The notes under the pieces were generated by a model, which searched no databases, was not told where the DNA came from, and saw only the letters and a list, made by a program, of their open reading frames with translations. The position numbers and the translations under genes are program-made. A stretch of DNA of 64,000 bases, from the IMG/VR virus record IMGVR_UViG_3300017917_001123, positions 248,001 to 312,000 of that record. The stretch is one strand, 5' to 3'. This document shows, in pieces, positions 9,558 to 18,805 of the stretch (position 1 is the first letter of the stretch; every line of letters starts with the position of its first letter).

Positions 9558-10730
9558 ATGGTGCCGCTAATCAATCAATTTCGTAATGCTAATCTAGAAC
9601 TTCTATTCGACGAAATAAAGGCCCGCGGAGGCACGGTACTAAAACCTACTATTAGTTTGTGCCATAAATGTCACTATCATATACCTGCTTATACCTATCA
9701 CGTAAACAATCAGCTTTGGTTAGTTAAAGTTTGTAAGTCGCACGGTGTAAGCCATCACATGATTGAGCGTGATTACGAATTCTATTCTAATCTAGTTTAT
9801 ACTGAAAGCATTTTTAGTTTTACCAAACTTAATGTAATGACAGAAGTTACAGATCGTTGTAATGCTAATTGCCCACATTGTTATCATATACCAGACAACA
9901 CACCTGACGAAAGTACGGAAACAACAATCAATAGAATACGCAGTTGGTATAAGCCAGGAACTAGTATTATACTAGCAGGTGCTGAGCCTGTGTTACGTAA
10001 TGACATAGCTGAATTAATTCAAGAGATTAACGTTAACTTTCCAGACAGTGAAATAGCAACTCTTAGCAACGGAATACGTTTTAGTGATAAAAAATTAGTT
10101 CGCAAGGTAATGGACTCTAATTTAAAAGCAGTATTGATTGGACTAAATCATCCTAGCTATCTAAACAATCCTACAATAAGAAATAAACAATTAGAAGGTA
10201 TCAATAATTGTTTAGAAGAGGGACTTCCTTTATATTACATTGGATACACAATGAGTAGCACAAGTGAGCTACACGACATTCTAAATGAGATTGTTAGTAT
10301 GCCTTGGCAACCTAGACAGTTTAGAATACGTTACGGAAGTGATATTGGACGTTATCCAGAACAAGAACGCTTGTACGTCAGCGATACCTATAAGTTAATA
10401 AAGAAGTGGTGCGAGGACAATGGCAAACAGTTTGAAGATATGTTAGGAGACAATAATCTTTATCATACAATGGTAAAAGTTGAAGGCAAACCTATTCGAG
10501 TTATTCAATGGTGTGATGAAACAGATATTCACATGGAAGAACTTAGAACAGGACCCTATTGTGATTTTGTAGGAGATGGTATTACAAACTTCCTACATCA
10601 AGTTATTCGCAGAGATATATCAAAAAACAAACATATTGTGTTGCCCGATAAACCTATGAGTAGATATACAATAGATAGCGTGTTTGATAAAACAGAGTTA
10701 GACTTAAATGAATATTGTAACAGAAATTAA
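9558..10730 (+). CDS. radical SAM protein, MJ0619/Tes (GDGT-MAS)-family-like, with N-terminal rubredoxin-like CxxC-x20-CxxH
   Basis: SLCHKC..HIPA....K.C.SHG...D.EFY; EVTDRCNANCPHC; AGAEPVLRNDI; SNGIRF. Confidence 0.75.
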   Translation: MVPLINQFRNANLELLFDEIKARGGTVLKPTISLCHKCHYHIPAYTYHVNNQLWLVKVCKSHGVSHHMIERDYEFYSNLVYTESIFSFTKLNVMTEVTDRCNANCPHCYHIPDNTPDESTETTINRIRSWYKPGTSIILAGAEPVLRNDIAELIQEINVNFPDSEIATLSNGIRFSDKKLVRKVMDSNLKAVLIGLNHPSYLNNPTIRNKQLEGINNCLEEGLPLYYIGYTMSSTSELHDILNEIVSMPWQPRQFRIRYGSDIGRYPEQERLYVSDTYKLIKKWCEDNGKQFEDMLGDNNLYHTMVKVEGKPIRVIQWCDETDIHMEELRTGPYCDFVGDGITNFLHQVIRRDISKNKHIVLPDKPMSRYTIDSVFDKTELDLNEYCNRN

Positions 10731-11262
10731 CTCGCCTATATTAGTAGAGCGTTCTAAACAGTTATGGGAAACTATTTCTAAGATACCTTTGGAATATCAT
10801 AACGGTGTTGCTATATTAGAAGACTACTTAGACGAGCATACTGATATTCCCTGGTTAAGTGGTAAAGTAGGCTGTATTATATTTGAGCCGAATTCTACTT
10901 GCCCTATACATTGCGACGATCACGAAAGTGTAGCATACAATCGAAGTCTAAACATATTAGTAGAAAGCGACGGGGATAATCATTCTACACGATATTACAA
11001 ATGGAAACACGGAGAATGGAATCCTAAAGAGCATCAAGCATTATTTGACAAAGACGTAACTGATTTAAGTTTAGTGTTTGAATTTACTGTAACTAAACCT
11101 ACGCTGTTCTATAATCAAATATTACACGATGTACACAATTATGGTAATAAACGTCGAGTAATGATAATGTGGCTAATTGAAAAATCAGTAACTGACGAAG
11201 AAATATTTTCCTGGTTAGATAAAAATGGAATTACAACCAAAACAATTTTTAAATCCGAATGA
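10708..11262 (+). CDS. putative 2OG-Fe(II)/cupin oxygenase
   Basis: PIHCD, SLNILV, LHDVHN..KRR; paralog of 7613..8215. Confidence 0.5.
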   Translation: MNIVTEINSPILVERSKQLWETISKIPLEYHNGVAILEDYLDEHTDIPWLSGKVGCIIFEPNSTCPIHCDDHESVAYNRSLNILVESDGDNHSTRYYKWKHGEWNPKEHQALFDKDVTDLSLVFEFTVTKPTLFYNQILHDVHNYGNKRRVMIMWLIEKSVTDEEIFSWLDKNGITTKTIFKSE

Positions 11263-11818
11263 CTATAAGTTTCAATACATGTTGCCCTATGTATTAGAAA
11301 CTGCTCAAAAAGAATTAAAAGAATTTTTAGAAACTCATAGTCCTACGGAATTTGCTGACCTTAAATGGTTTGAACAGCAGTACGGCTACGAACTACCCTT
11401 ACAAGACATTATGAAACTATGGTATGCTGTTCCAGTATTAAGAGCAGGTACTACAACAGAATGGTCTTCATTACTGCCTAAGCTCACTGGTGCGGCACAG
11501 GCATTACCGGGCGTTGTTAATTTTAGTCTTAATGCTATTGCCCCTGGCGGACAAGTTCCAGAGCACAGTGATTATACATATGACATGAGAAAAGATTTAA
11601 GCAAAACAGATCTTGCTTATGTGATTCTCATGGCTGTTGATATTCCTAGTACAAATATAAAAGAGTGCGGATTTAAAATTGCCAACAACGAGTTTTTAAT
11701 TAGAACAGATGATATAATTGCGTTTGATGGAGCATTACCGCACAGCGGATGGAATTTTACAGATAAATGGCGTTATACTATTAATATTGATATTAAACAA
11801 GAGTACTGGCATGTTTGA
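11225..11818 (+). CDS. aspartyl/asparaginyl beta-hydroxylase-like 2OG oxygenase
   Basis: IAPGGQVPEHSD, IAFDGALPHSGWN, RYTINIDI. Confidence 0.7.
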   Translation: MELQPKQFLNPNDYKFQYMLPYVLETAQKELKEFLETHSPTEFADLKWFEQQYGYELPLQDIMKLWYAVPVLRAGTTTEWSSLLPKLTGAAQALPGVVNFSLNAIAPGGQVPEHSDYTYDMRKDLSKTDLAYVILMAVDIPSTNIKECGFKIANNEFLIRTDDIIAFDGALPHSGWNFTDKWRYTINIDIKQEYWHV

Positions 11819-12335
11819 GTATAAAAATTATCCTAAGGTTCCTAAGAACATTGTTGACGAAATTGTAGAAGAAGCTAACAAGCAATCTCTTACTGGATTC
11901 TCCGATAAAGTTAATTCAGCAGTCAAAGAAGCATACGGCAATATTGTTGATACTAATTTAGACGGTGTTGCTACAATGACTATGTTTACAAATGATAAAC
12001 TAACAGACTGGGTAAAGAATAATGTCACAGATAAATTTAACGCAGTTCATGTTCAGTGCTTTTCAAACGGCACATACTTTTTCCCGCACGTTGATCTACT
12101 AAGAACTAGAGCTTTAAATTACATACTTAAAACTGCCGATGCCAAAACAGTTTTTTACAAATCTAAAAACAATATTGAAGTTAAACCTAATACTGTTATT
12201 TCCTATCAGGATATAGAGGTTGTAAATACTCGTACATTCGAACCTTATGAATGGCATGAATTAAAAGTAGACAACATACACAGCGTTGAAAACATTAACG
12301 GAACTAGAATAGCAATCACAGTGAGCTTTTTATGA
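11811..12335 (+). CDS. putative 2OG-Fe(II) oxygenase
   Basis: FPHVD..R..ALNY, IHSVEN, RIAITVS; start re-chosen at ATG 11811. Confidence 0.55.
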   Translation: MFEYKNYPKVPKNIVDEIVEEANKQSLTGFSDKVNSAVKEAYGNIVDTNLDGVATMTMFTNDKLTDWVKNNVTDKFNAVHVQCFSNGTYFFPHVDLLRTRALNYILKTADAKTVFYKSKNNIEVKPNTVISYQDIEVVNTRTFEPYEWHELKVDNIHSVENINGTRIAITVSFL

Positions 12336-12943
12336 TTTATATTGGTAACTTTAAAAATTGGCTAGACGAAAATAAAAATATCATCGATAAGATGTTAGGC
12401 GTAGCCACAGGGGAAAGAAACGGAACGTATCACGAAACTGAAATACAACAAATGTATGGTGATCGCAGGCCAGCACCACCTAAAGAAGAAGATCTATATA
12501 AAGAAACACTTGATCTAGCACAACTTTGGGAAGGCGCAGGTTATAAAGTAGAAAGAGTGGGATGGGAAATGTTTTACGAAAGTCATTTAGGTAAGTTTAA
12601 TCCTCCATTCCCTGTTAATTCTAAATATGAGCATTGGTTTTGTAAAATGAGTCCTGGAGATATTCTTCCAATGCATGATGATCGCTTTGAAGGCAAAACG
12701 CTTGAAGAACTTTTATCACAAGGAACAACAGTTAAACGATATTGGATGGCATGTCAGGACGAATTACACGGACACGTATTGGCGTATAAGAATACTCTGC
12801 TAACTGGTTACAAGGCAGGAGATTTATATATGTTTGAAAAAGCCAATGACTTACACGGTTCTTGTAACTTAGGATTTGTTCCTAAGCTGTCCTATCAATT
12901 AACAGTTATTGAAACTAATTTTGATCGTAATGCGGTAAAATAA
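12332..12943 (+). CDS. putative 2OG-Fe(II) oxygenase
   Basis: KMSPGDILPMHDD, RYWM, GDLYMF, LHGSCN, PKLSYQLT. Confidence 0.6.
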   Translation: MIYIGNFKNWLDENKNIIDKMLGVATGERNGTYHETEIQQMYGDRRPAPPKEEDLYKETLDLAQLWEGAGYKVERVGWEMFYESHLGKFNPPFPVNSKYEHWFCKMSPGDILPMHDDRFEGKTLEELLSQGTTVKRYWMACQDELHGHVLAYKNTLLTGYKAGDLYMFEKANDLHGSCNLGFVPKLSYQLTVIETNFDRNAVK

Positions 12944-14061
12944 TCTAACCCAGCATCAAGCGGCAACATAATCAGTACGCCGCTTTTATCATTATTCCAC
13001 AGTCCCATATGTAACCCGTGCTTATAAAAAAGTTTTTCTTTTTCTAAGTAATCGGGTATTTCTTCATTTAAATCTAATTTGTAACAAACACCAAACGATT
13101 TAAAACTTTTAATGATGCCTTGTTTACACAAATCATTAAACAATGTGTCTGCCTGGGCCTTGACTGTTTTATGTTTTGCTAGAATATTTTCTTGCTCTAG
13201 GACCTTTAGATATTCCAGCACACTTAGAATTCCGGCCATTGGAAAACTATAACTAAATCCGTGTAGTAAAGTTTCTAGTTTAACAACATCCGCCACTTGT
13301 TGATTACATAGTGTAGCACTTAGCGGAAAGTAACCTCCGGTGATTCCTTTCCCAATACAGAAAATATCTGGTTTTATATCAAATGTTTGAAACCCAAATA
13401 TTGTTCCTGTCTTGCCTGCGCAGAATGCTATATCGTCTATTATCAATAGCGTACCTGTATCATCACATATTTGTCTTAGGTGTTTAAAAAACTCGTTACC
13501 TAAATTGTTTAGGCCCGCCTGCCAACTACATGTTTCAATAATTACTGCCGCAGTATTTGTATTGATTTCATTAAGACCGCTAATAGTTTTACAGTCTGGA
13601 TGCCTTCCGAAAGTATCTGTTAGATAATCACTGCCGCTAACACTAGCACTCATAAATGTGCTTCCGTGATAACTATCTCTAAAACCCACAATAGTTTTTC
13701 TTTTGCCCTTCCAATATAGTTGTACTAACTTAATGGCCCCTTCTACAGCATCACTTCCGCTGAGAGAGTACATGGGATAAAAACCCCCACTTAGATTATA
13801 TAACTTATTTGATAATTCAATTGTAGCCGAATTCGCAGTTACAAAATCGCTTTGGCAAAATGGGAGGTCCTTTAGTTTTTCTGTTACTCGTTCTAGTATA
13901 TCAGTTCTTTTAAAACCTAAAGGAAAGCATCCGCTACTTCCTAAACCTAAATCAATAACATCTTTACCGTTGGAATCAATAAACCCGTAGGGAGTTACTT
14001 CCTTGATATTCTTTACAGGAGGCAACGGATCATTGATGCTAAACGGAAATAATTGTTTCAT
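12895..14061 (-). CDS. class-III PLP aminotransferase (BioA/omega-amine type)
   Basis: SGSDAVEGAIK, SYHGST, LLIIDDI...GKTG, PDIFCIGKGITGGYFPLSA (Schiff-base Lys). Confidence 0.9.
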   Translation of the reverse strand: MKQLFPFSINDPLPPVKNIKEVTPYGFIDSNGKDVIDLGLGSSGCFPLGFKRTDILERVTEKLKDLPFCQSDFVTANSATIELSNKLYNLSGGFYPMYSLSGSDAVEGAIKLVQLYWKGKRKTIVGFRDSYHGSTFMSASVSGSDYLTDTFGRHPDCKTISGLNEINTNTAAVIIETCSWQAGLNNLGNEFFKHLRQICDDTGTLLIIDDIAFCAGKTGTIFGFQTFDIKPDIFCIGKGITGGYFPLSATLCNQQVADVVKLETLLHGFSYSFPMAGILSVLEYLKVLEQENILAKHKTVKAQADTLFNDLCKQGIIKSFKSFGVCYKLDLNEEIPDYLEKEKLFYKHGLHMGLWNNDKSGVLIMLPLDAGLDYFTALRSKLVSITVN

Positions 14062-15191
14062 TCGTATCTTTTTATATATGGAAATAATTTACGATAATCG
14101 GTACCTCTAGTTTTATCATATAGATCTAAAACTCTAGTACGTTCTTTAACTACTTCGTCAAAATCGTCAGGCACTACGTTGACTATTTTATGTATGTCAT
14201 TAAACTCTTCTGGCAATGTATTTTGATTTACTATATCTACCAGTTGTTGTTTTTGTTCCAACTCTAAATACTCTGGACTAAAGTAATCGGGAGCGATAAC
14301 ATAATTAATCTGCGTAAAACTATAGTTTCGCATCTGTTTAAACTCTTCAAATCTTTTAAAAATGTCTACTAAGTCAAATATATTAAAAATAGAAAGAGTA
14401 AAACAAATACCCCATTTAATGTCTGTTTCTGCTGAAAGAGTAACAATATTCCTTTCTAATGTTTCTAAATCGGCAGGGAATCGTATGAAATTAAACTTAG
14501 CAGGATCTATATGATCATAACTAACACCGACTGTTGTTTTAGGAAAGTCTGCAAGTCTTTTTAATATTCCTGTGCTTGATAAATTAGAAGTGGCACTAAT
14601 TGGTAAATTTGTATAACCTTTGTCCTTACAATATTCCAATAACTTAATAGTCATCGGGCTAGCAAACGGCTCACCGCCCTGTAAGTTAATAATAGAGCAT
14701 CCTGGTAATGCTGAGTCTAAGTGCTGTCCTACATTGTCAACATTGTTTATATCTAATTCATCTCTGTCAATCTCAGATAACCACAAGGGCAACTTAACAT
14801 TATCTTTCTTCCATTGTTCTACTTCTTTAGCATGTTGAGAACTTGCTAAATGGTTACAGGTAATACATTTGAGATTACAATCGTTGCCTGTCTTAATATC
14901 TAATTCAATTGGCACAGGCAAGGGAACATCTAATACTTGATTGTTCTGTTGTCGTCTGCTAACATACCCTTTGTCTTCAACAGTCCAACATCGTTCGCAG
15001 TTAGGATTTTTAACACCATTTAATAAATCGTGACGTAGTTTATTATAGTACTCGCTGTTCCATACTTCTTCAATTGAATGATGCTCAATATTATAACCTG
15101 TAGGTATTTTGCTAAGACAGCAAGGCAAATAATCACCGTTGCGCTCTGTGGCAATATGAATAAAAGGTTTGATACAGTAAGTATTACTCAT
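14058..15191 (-). CDS. radical SAM protein with N-terminal twitch domain
   Basis: N-terminal C..PF...NG...CC...WNS...C.RCW; CNLKCITC; GGEP. Confidence 0.85.
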   Translation of the reverse strand: MSNTYCIKPFIHIATERNGDYLPCCLSKIPTGYNIEHHSIEEVWNSEYYNKLRHDLLNGVKNPNCERCWTVEDKGYVSRRQQNNQVLDVPLPVPIELDIKTGNDCNLKCITCNHLASSQHAKEVEQWKKDNVKLPLWLSEIDRDELDINNVDNVGQHLDSALPGCSIINLQGGEPFASPMTIKLLEYCKDKGYTNLPISATSNLSSTGILKRLADFPKTTVGVSYDHIDPAKFNFIRFPADLETLERNIVTLSAETDIKWGICFTLSIFNIFDLVDIFKRFEEFKQMRNYSFTQINYVIAPDYFSPEYLELEQKQQLVDIVNQNTLPEEFNDIHKIVNVVPDDFDEVVKERTRVLDLYDKTRGTDYRKLFPYIKRYE

Positions 15192-16374
15192 AGTCTTTAA
15201 TATAAGGAAATAAACTTCTGTAGTCCGTACTGCGGAGTTTGTCGTACATTCTTAAAATACGAGTACGTTCTTTAACCACATGATCAAAGTCAATAGGATG
15301 TTCGTCAAGTATCCTACATATATTAGCAATATCTTCATTTGCCGAATAAGGTATTAACAGTTCTTTTACTTCCTGACGCTGTTCTGGCTCCATATACTCT
15401 ATGCTTAGATAATCAGGCTGTTGTACAAGTCTATAATAAGAGTGTGTATTAAGTTTGCCTTCTTTGTGTAATGACTCGTACATATCAATTAGTCTAGGTA
15501 GTTGATATATGTTTAATATAGATATAGCAAGCGAAATGCCACGTTGTATATTTGTTTCACACAGTTTATCAAAGTTGTTAAGAAATTGATTATAGTCAGC
15601 AGGATATCTAATATATTTGAAATAGTCTGCTCTATCGTGATCCCAACTAATAAACAATGATGCTTCTTTAAACTTGTTGAGCTTATCTAATATATTGTTT
15701 GATATGTTTGTTAAGTTAGTAACAAACCCTATCTTTAAATGTGTGTAATCTTGTTCTATACAGTAGTCTAGTATAGCATGTAAGTCAGGACTGCTTAAAG
15801 GTTCGCCACCGTCAATTAACAGTATGTCTACTTTACCTAATACATTTTTAAGGTTGTTAGACATATTGCCTTTTGGTGCTTTCATTTTACTACCAAACTG
15901 TGCGTCAATATACTCTATCCATTCTGGCACAGGCAATCCTTGCTTACGCATTAATTTAACTTCTGTTTCGTGCGAGGAACTGTGATACGGTGTACACATC
16001 AAACATTTAAGATTACAGGTGTTGCTTAACTTTACATCTAATTGCGACGGTGCTATATTGAGGTAGCCGTTGTTATTTTTACAATCAGCAATAGCATTAT
16101 TAAGTTCTTCGTTAAGTGGAAAGTTGCTTTTAACTCTTTTACTAACTAATCCTCTAGAGTCAGCTTCCCAGCATCTAATACAGTTTGAATTCTTAACTCC
16201 GTTAAGTAAGTCCATTCTTAGATTACGGAAGTATTCATTATTCCAACCTGTTTCGATATCTTCTGTATAGATATTAGAATTAGATGAACAGTTACTTTGT
16301 TGACAAGCCTGTAGATCTCCGTTACGTTCTGTACAAACGTTAATAAACGGAAGAATACAAAAAGTATCACTCAT
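15184..16374 (-). CDS. radical SAM protein with N-terminal twitch domain
   Basis: Same architecture; CNLKCLMC; GGEP; paralog of its neighbours. Confidence 0.85.
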   Translation of the reverse strand: MSDTFCILPFINVCTERNGDLQACQQSNCSSNSNIYTEDIETGWNNEYFRNLRMDLLNGVKNSNCIRCWEADSRGLVSKRVKSNFPLNEELNNAIADCKNNNGYLNIAPSQLDVKLSNTCNLKCLMCTPYHSSSHETEVKLMRKQGLPVPEWIEYIDAQFGSKMKAPKGNMSNNLKNVLGKVDILLIDGGEPLSSPDLHAILDYCIEQDYTHLKIGFVTNLTNISNNILDKLNKFKEASLFISWDHDRADYFKYIRYPADYNQFLNNFDKLCETNIQRGISLAISILNIYQLPRLIDMYESLHKEGKLNTHSYYRLVQQPDYLSIEYMEPEQRQEVKELLIPYSANEDIANICRILDEHPIDFDHVVKERTRILRMYDKLRSTDYRSLFPYIKDYE

Positions 16375-17665
16375 AGCGTTTCAAATACGGAAACAAGGTC
16401 TTGTGATCAGTTCCGCGAATTCTATCATACATATCTAGCACACGAGTTCTTTCTTTACAGACGGCATCGTGGTCTGGCTGTCGTCTATCCATGTAACCCG
16501 GGACACTAATTACACTTTCAACAAATTCTGGATTGTCTCTAAAGATCTTCCAGTCTTTGTTCTTAAACATAAAGCGATGTATTCTATCTGATATTTCTAC
16601 CTTTTGATTTTGCTCTAAGTAGCGTAGGCTAAAGTAATTAGGATAGTAAATTAAACCAAAGTTAATAACAAACCTATTAGGAGTGCGTTGGGAAATCTTT
16701 TCCCACTCTGTAAAGATATCCTCAAAGTCAAAGATATTAAAGATACCCCATGTAGTGCTTAGTTTCTTTTCAATATGGTCATACTCCCATATCTTATCAA
16801 AGTTCTCTTTAAACACAGCGTAGTCTGCTGGGTATCTAATAAAGTTAAACTTTACAGGGTCTATGTGATCGTAACTAATACACAGCATTGGATGTTTAAA
16901 TTGATCTAACAGATTAATTGTTTTGGGATTAATAACACTTAGGTTAGTGATAATCTGTAGCATCATATTAGGTGCGTAACCTTTTTCAACGCATTGTTCT
17001 AATATGCGTTGTGTTGTTTTGTTTACCAAAGGTTCGCCGCCTACAAGACTCATATGTATTGCTTGCTTGAGGCTAGGATCTAAATTGTTAACAACTTGTT
17101 CCACATCTAGATTGCGTGGATTAAAGTCATTCATGTCTAACTTTAATTCAATTACACGCTGATCCCATGTCTTCATTAACGCAGGTATTTCTTCGCCTGC
17201 GGCTTTCATTGCTTCTACTTCTTCGTGCTGTAGACTGCTACTACCCGGGTAACACATAATACACTTAAGGTTACATTGTGTACCTACCTTTAAGTCTAAG
17301 TCAGTAGGCGGTGTAGTCAGTGCGCCGTCGTTAGAAATAGCATCCTTAACAAATGAATCATAGTCAGGATACATGTTATGCTTTTCGTCATTTGTCTTTT
17401 GTCGCTTGCTGTATGCTCCGCTTGCTTCATAGTTCCAGCAATACTCGCACGTAGAGTTTTTAACTCCGTTGATTAGATCTTTGCGTAGTTGTTTGTAGTG
17501 CTCGCTGTTCCAAACTTCAATAACAGAGTCTTTACGCATATTGTATGCCGTGCCATCTGGTTTAGTAATAACCTTCTCTTCTGAACAACAGCAGACACGA
17601 TAGTTGCCATCGTTAGTAGAACTAATATGTGTAAATGGTAAAAGGCAAAAAGTATTCTGATTCAT
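16367..17665 (-). CDS. radical SAM protein with N-terminal twitch domain (alternative start 17674)
   Basis: FCLLPF..NYRVCCC..WNS..CEYCW; CNLKCIMC; GGEP. Confidence 0.85.
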   Translation of the reverse strand: MNQNTFCLLPFTHISSTNDGNYRVCCCSEEKVITKPDGTAYNMRKDSVIEVWNSEHYKQLRKDLINGVKNSTCEYCWNYEASGAYSKRQKTNDEKHNMYPDYDSFVKDAISNDGALTTPPTDLDLKVGTQCNLKCIMCYPGSSSLQHEEVEAMKAAGEEIPALMKTWDQRVIELKLDMNDFNPRNLDVEQVVNNLDPSLKQAIHMSLVGGEPLVNKTTQRILEQCVEKGYAPNMMLQIITNLSVINPKTINLLDQFKHPMLCISYDHIDPVKFNFIRYPADYAVFKENFDKIWEYDHIEKKLSTTWGIFNIFDFEDIFTEWEKISQRTPNRFVINFGLIYYPNYFSLRYLEQNQKVEISDRIHRFMFKNKDWKIFRDNPEFVESVISVPGYMDRRQPDHDAVCKERTRVLDMYDRIRGTDHKTLFPYLKRYE

Positions 17666-17673
17666 TATCAGCA

Positions 17674-17697
17674 TATTTAACTGCTAGTAAATACCTC
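17674..17697. promoter_or_regulatory. back-to-back late-type promoters
   Basis: TTAAATA minus (17680-17674) 8 nt before ATG 17665; TAAATA plus (17688-17693) 4 nt before ATG 17698. Confidence 0.55.
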
Positions 17698-18240
17698 ATG
17701 AACTTTATTAGTAACACCGGTACCTTAATAGACTGGGACGCAGTTATTAAACAATGCGAGAAAGCAACTGGTAATACCTTACAGTATAACAGCGAGTGCT
17801 TTCCCGATACAGAAGACTTCCGTAAGATAGACACGCTATGGCAAGAAGCGGGTTACTTCCGTGACGATCCTAGCATTGAATGGACTAACTATTTTCCCGG
17901 AGACTTTGACGCTAGTGTTGTTGATACATTTAAGAGTATTGTAAACGCAGAGCCCTGGATGGTATGGGTCAGTAAGATCAATCCGGGACAAATGGCTCCG
18001 TGGCATTTTGACGCACATCAAAAGATTAACGAACTACTTGCTTTAGGTACACCTGTTCGCTTTACTTGCTATATCCAAGAACCACAGCACGGACATATCA
18101 GTATTGTAGGAGAGAGCGCAGTCTATCGTCCTGCCAAAGGTAGCATCTATGTATGGCCTACATACAATGCTTGGCATTGTGGTATGAATGGAGGACTAAC
18201 TCCCAAGTATATGTTTAACTATTGGGGTTATAGACCTTAG
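17698..18240 (+). CDS. putative 2OG-Fe(II) oxygenase
   Basis: KINPGQMAPWHFD, RFTCYI, GSIYVW, AWHCGMN, PKYMFNY; paralog-like to 12332..12943; start re-chosen at ATG 17698. Confidence 0.6.
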   Translation: MNFISNTGTLIDWDAVIKQCEKATGNTLQYNSECFPDTEDFRKIDTLWQEAGYFRDDPSIEWTNYFPGDFDASVVDTFKSIVNAEPWMVWVSKINPGQMAPWHFDAHQKINELLALGTPVRFTCYIQEPQHGHISIVGESAVYRPAKGSIYVWPTYNAWHCGMNGGLTPKYMFNYWGYRP

Positions 18241-18805
18241 CATAGATGCTAGGTAATGGATTGTCTGGCCAGTCGATGTAATCATTAAAGGCATGCTTAA
18301 CTAGTATGCCCATATCTAACTTACCATTCTTTGCCAGCTTGTCAACTAAGGACTTTCTATCCGGGTTTAGGATAGGCTCATAGAACTTCATGTCAACGGG
18401 TTGTTCGCTGTAGTCACTTGCGCTGTAGAACGCAAATGCTCGCATCTGTCCTGTACTATCAACATAGAAGTACTTTGGATAGAAGCTAGGCTTGTAAATT
18501 CCTTCTTGGTGTAGGTCTTTAACAATAGTTTCTAGTTGTTCCTTATAATCATCACACAAGACTTCGTCGCAAGTATTGCCATTCCATTCGATGTAAATTT
18601 GTCTACACGCATCGATAGAATGTTTAATTTTTGGTGCCCAAGAATATTTTTGTAAACGAACAAGATAGTCGCGCTCGCGTTGATAACTGCTATCAATTAG
18701 CTCTGCTGGATATTTGTTGTTGTTGGGATTAAAATCTAATACAGCAAAGGTACTATAGATTTTTAAGTTAAAAATGCCTTGGTTAATAACTTTCAATATG
18801 ATCAA
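18215..18805 (-). CDS. protein-kinase-like fold protein with degenerate catalytic motifs
   Basis: RERDYL..L...WAPKI; LHQEGIYKPSFYPKYFYVD..G.MRAFAF aligns to HxxGIxHxDxKPxNxxxDxxGxxKxxDF without the catalytic D/N/D. Confidence 0.45.
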   Translation of the reverse strand: MIILKVINQGIFNLKIYSTFAVLDFNPNNNKYPAELIDSSYQRERDYLVRLQKYSWAPKIKHSIDACRQIYIEWNGNTCDEVLCDDYKEQLETIVKDLHQEGIYKPSFYPKYFYVDSTGQMRAFAFYSASDYSEQPVDMKFYEPILNPDRKSLVDKLAKNGKLDMGILVKHAFNDYIDWPDNPLPSIYAKVYNPNS

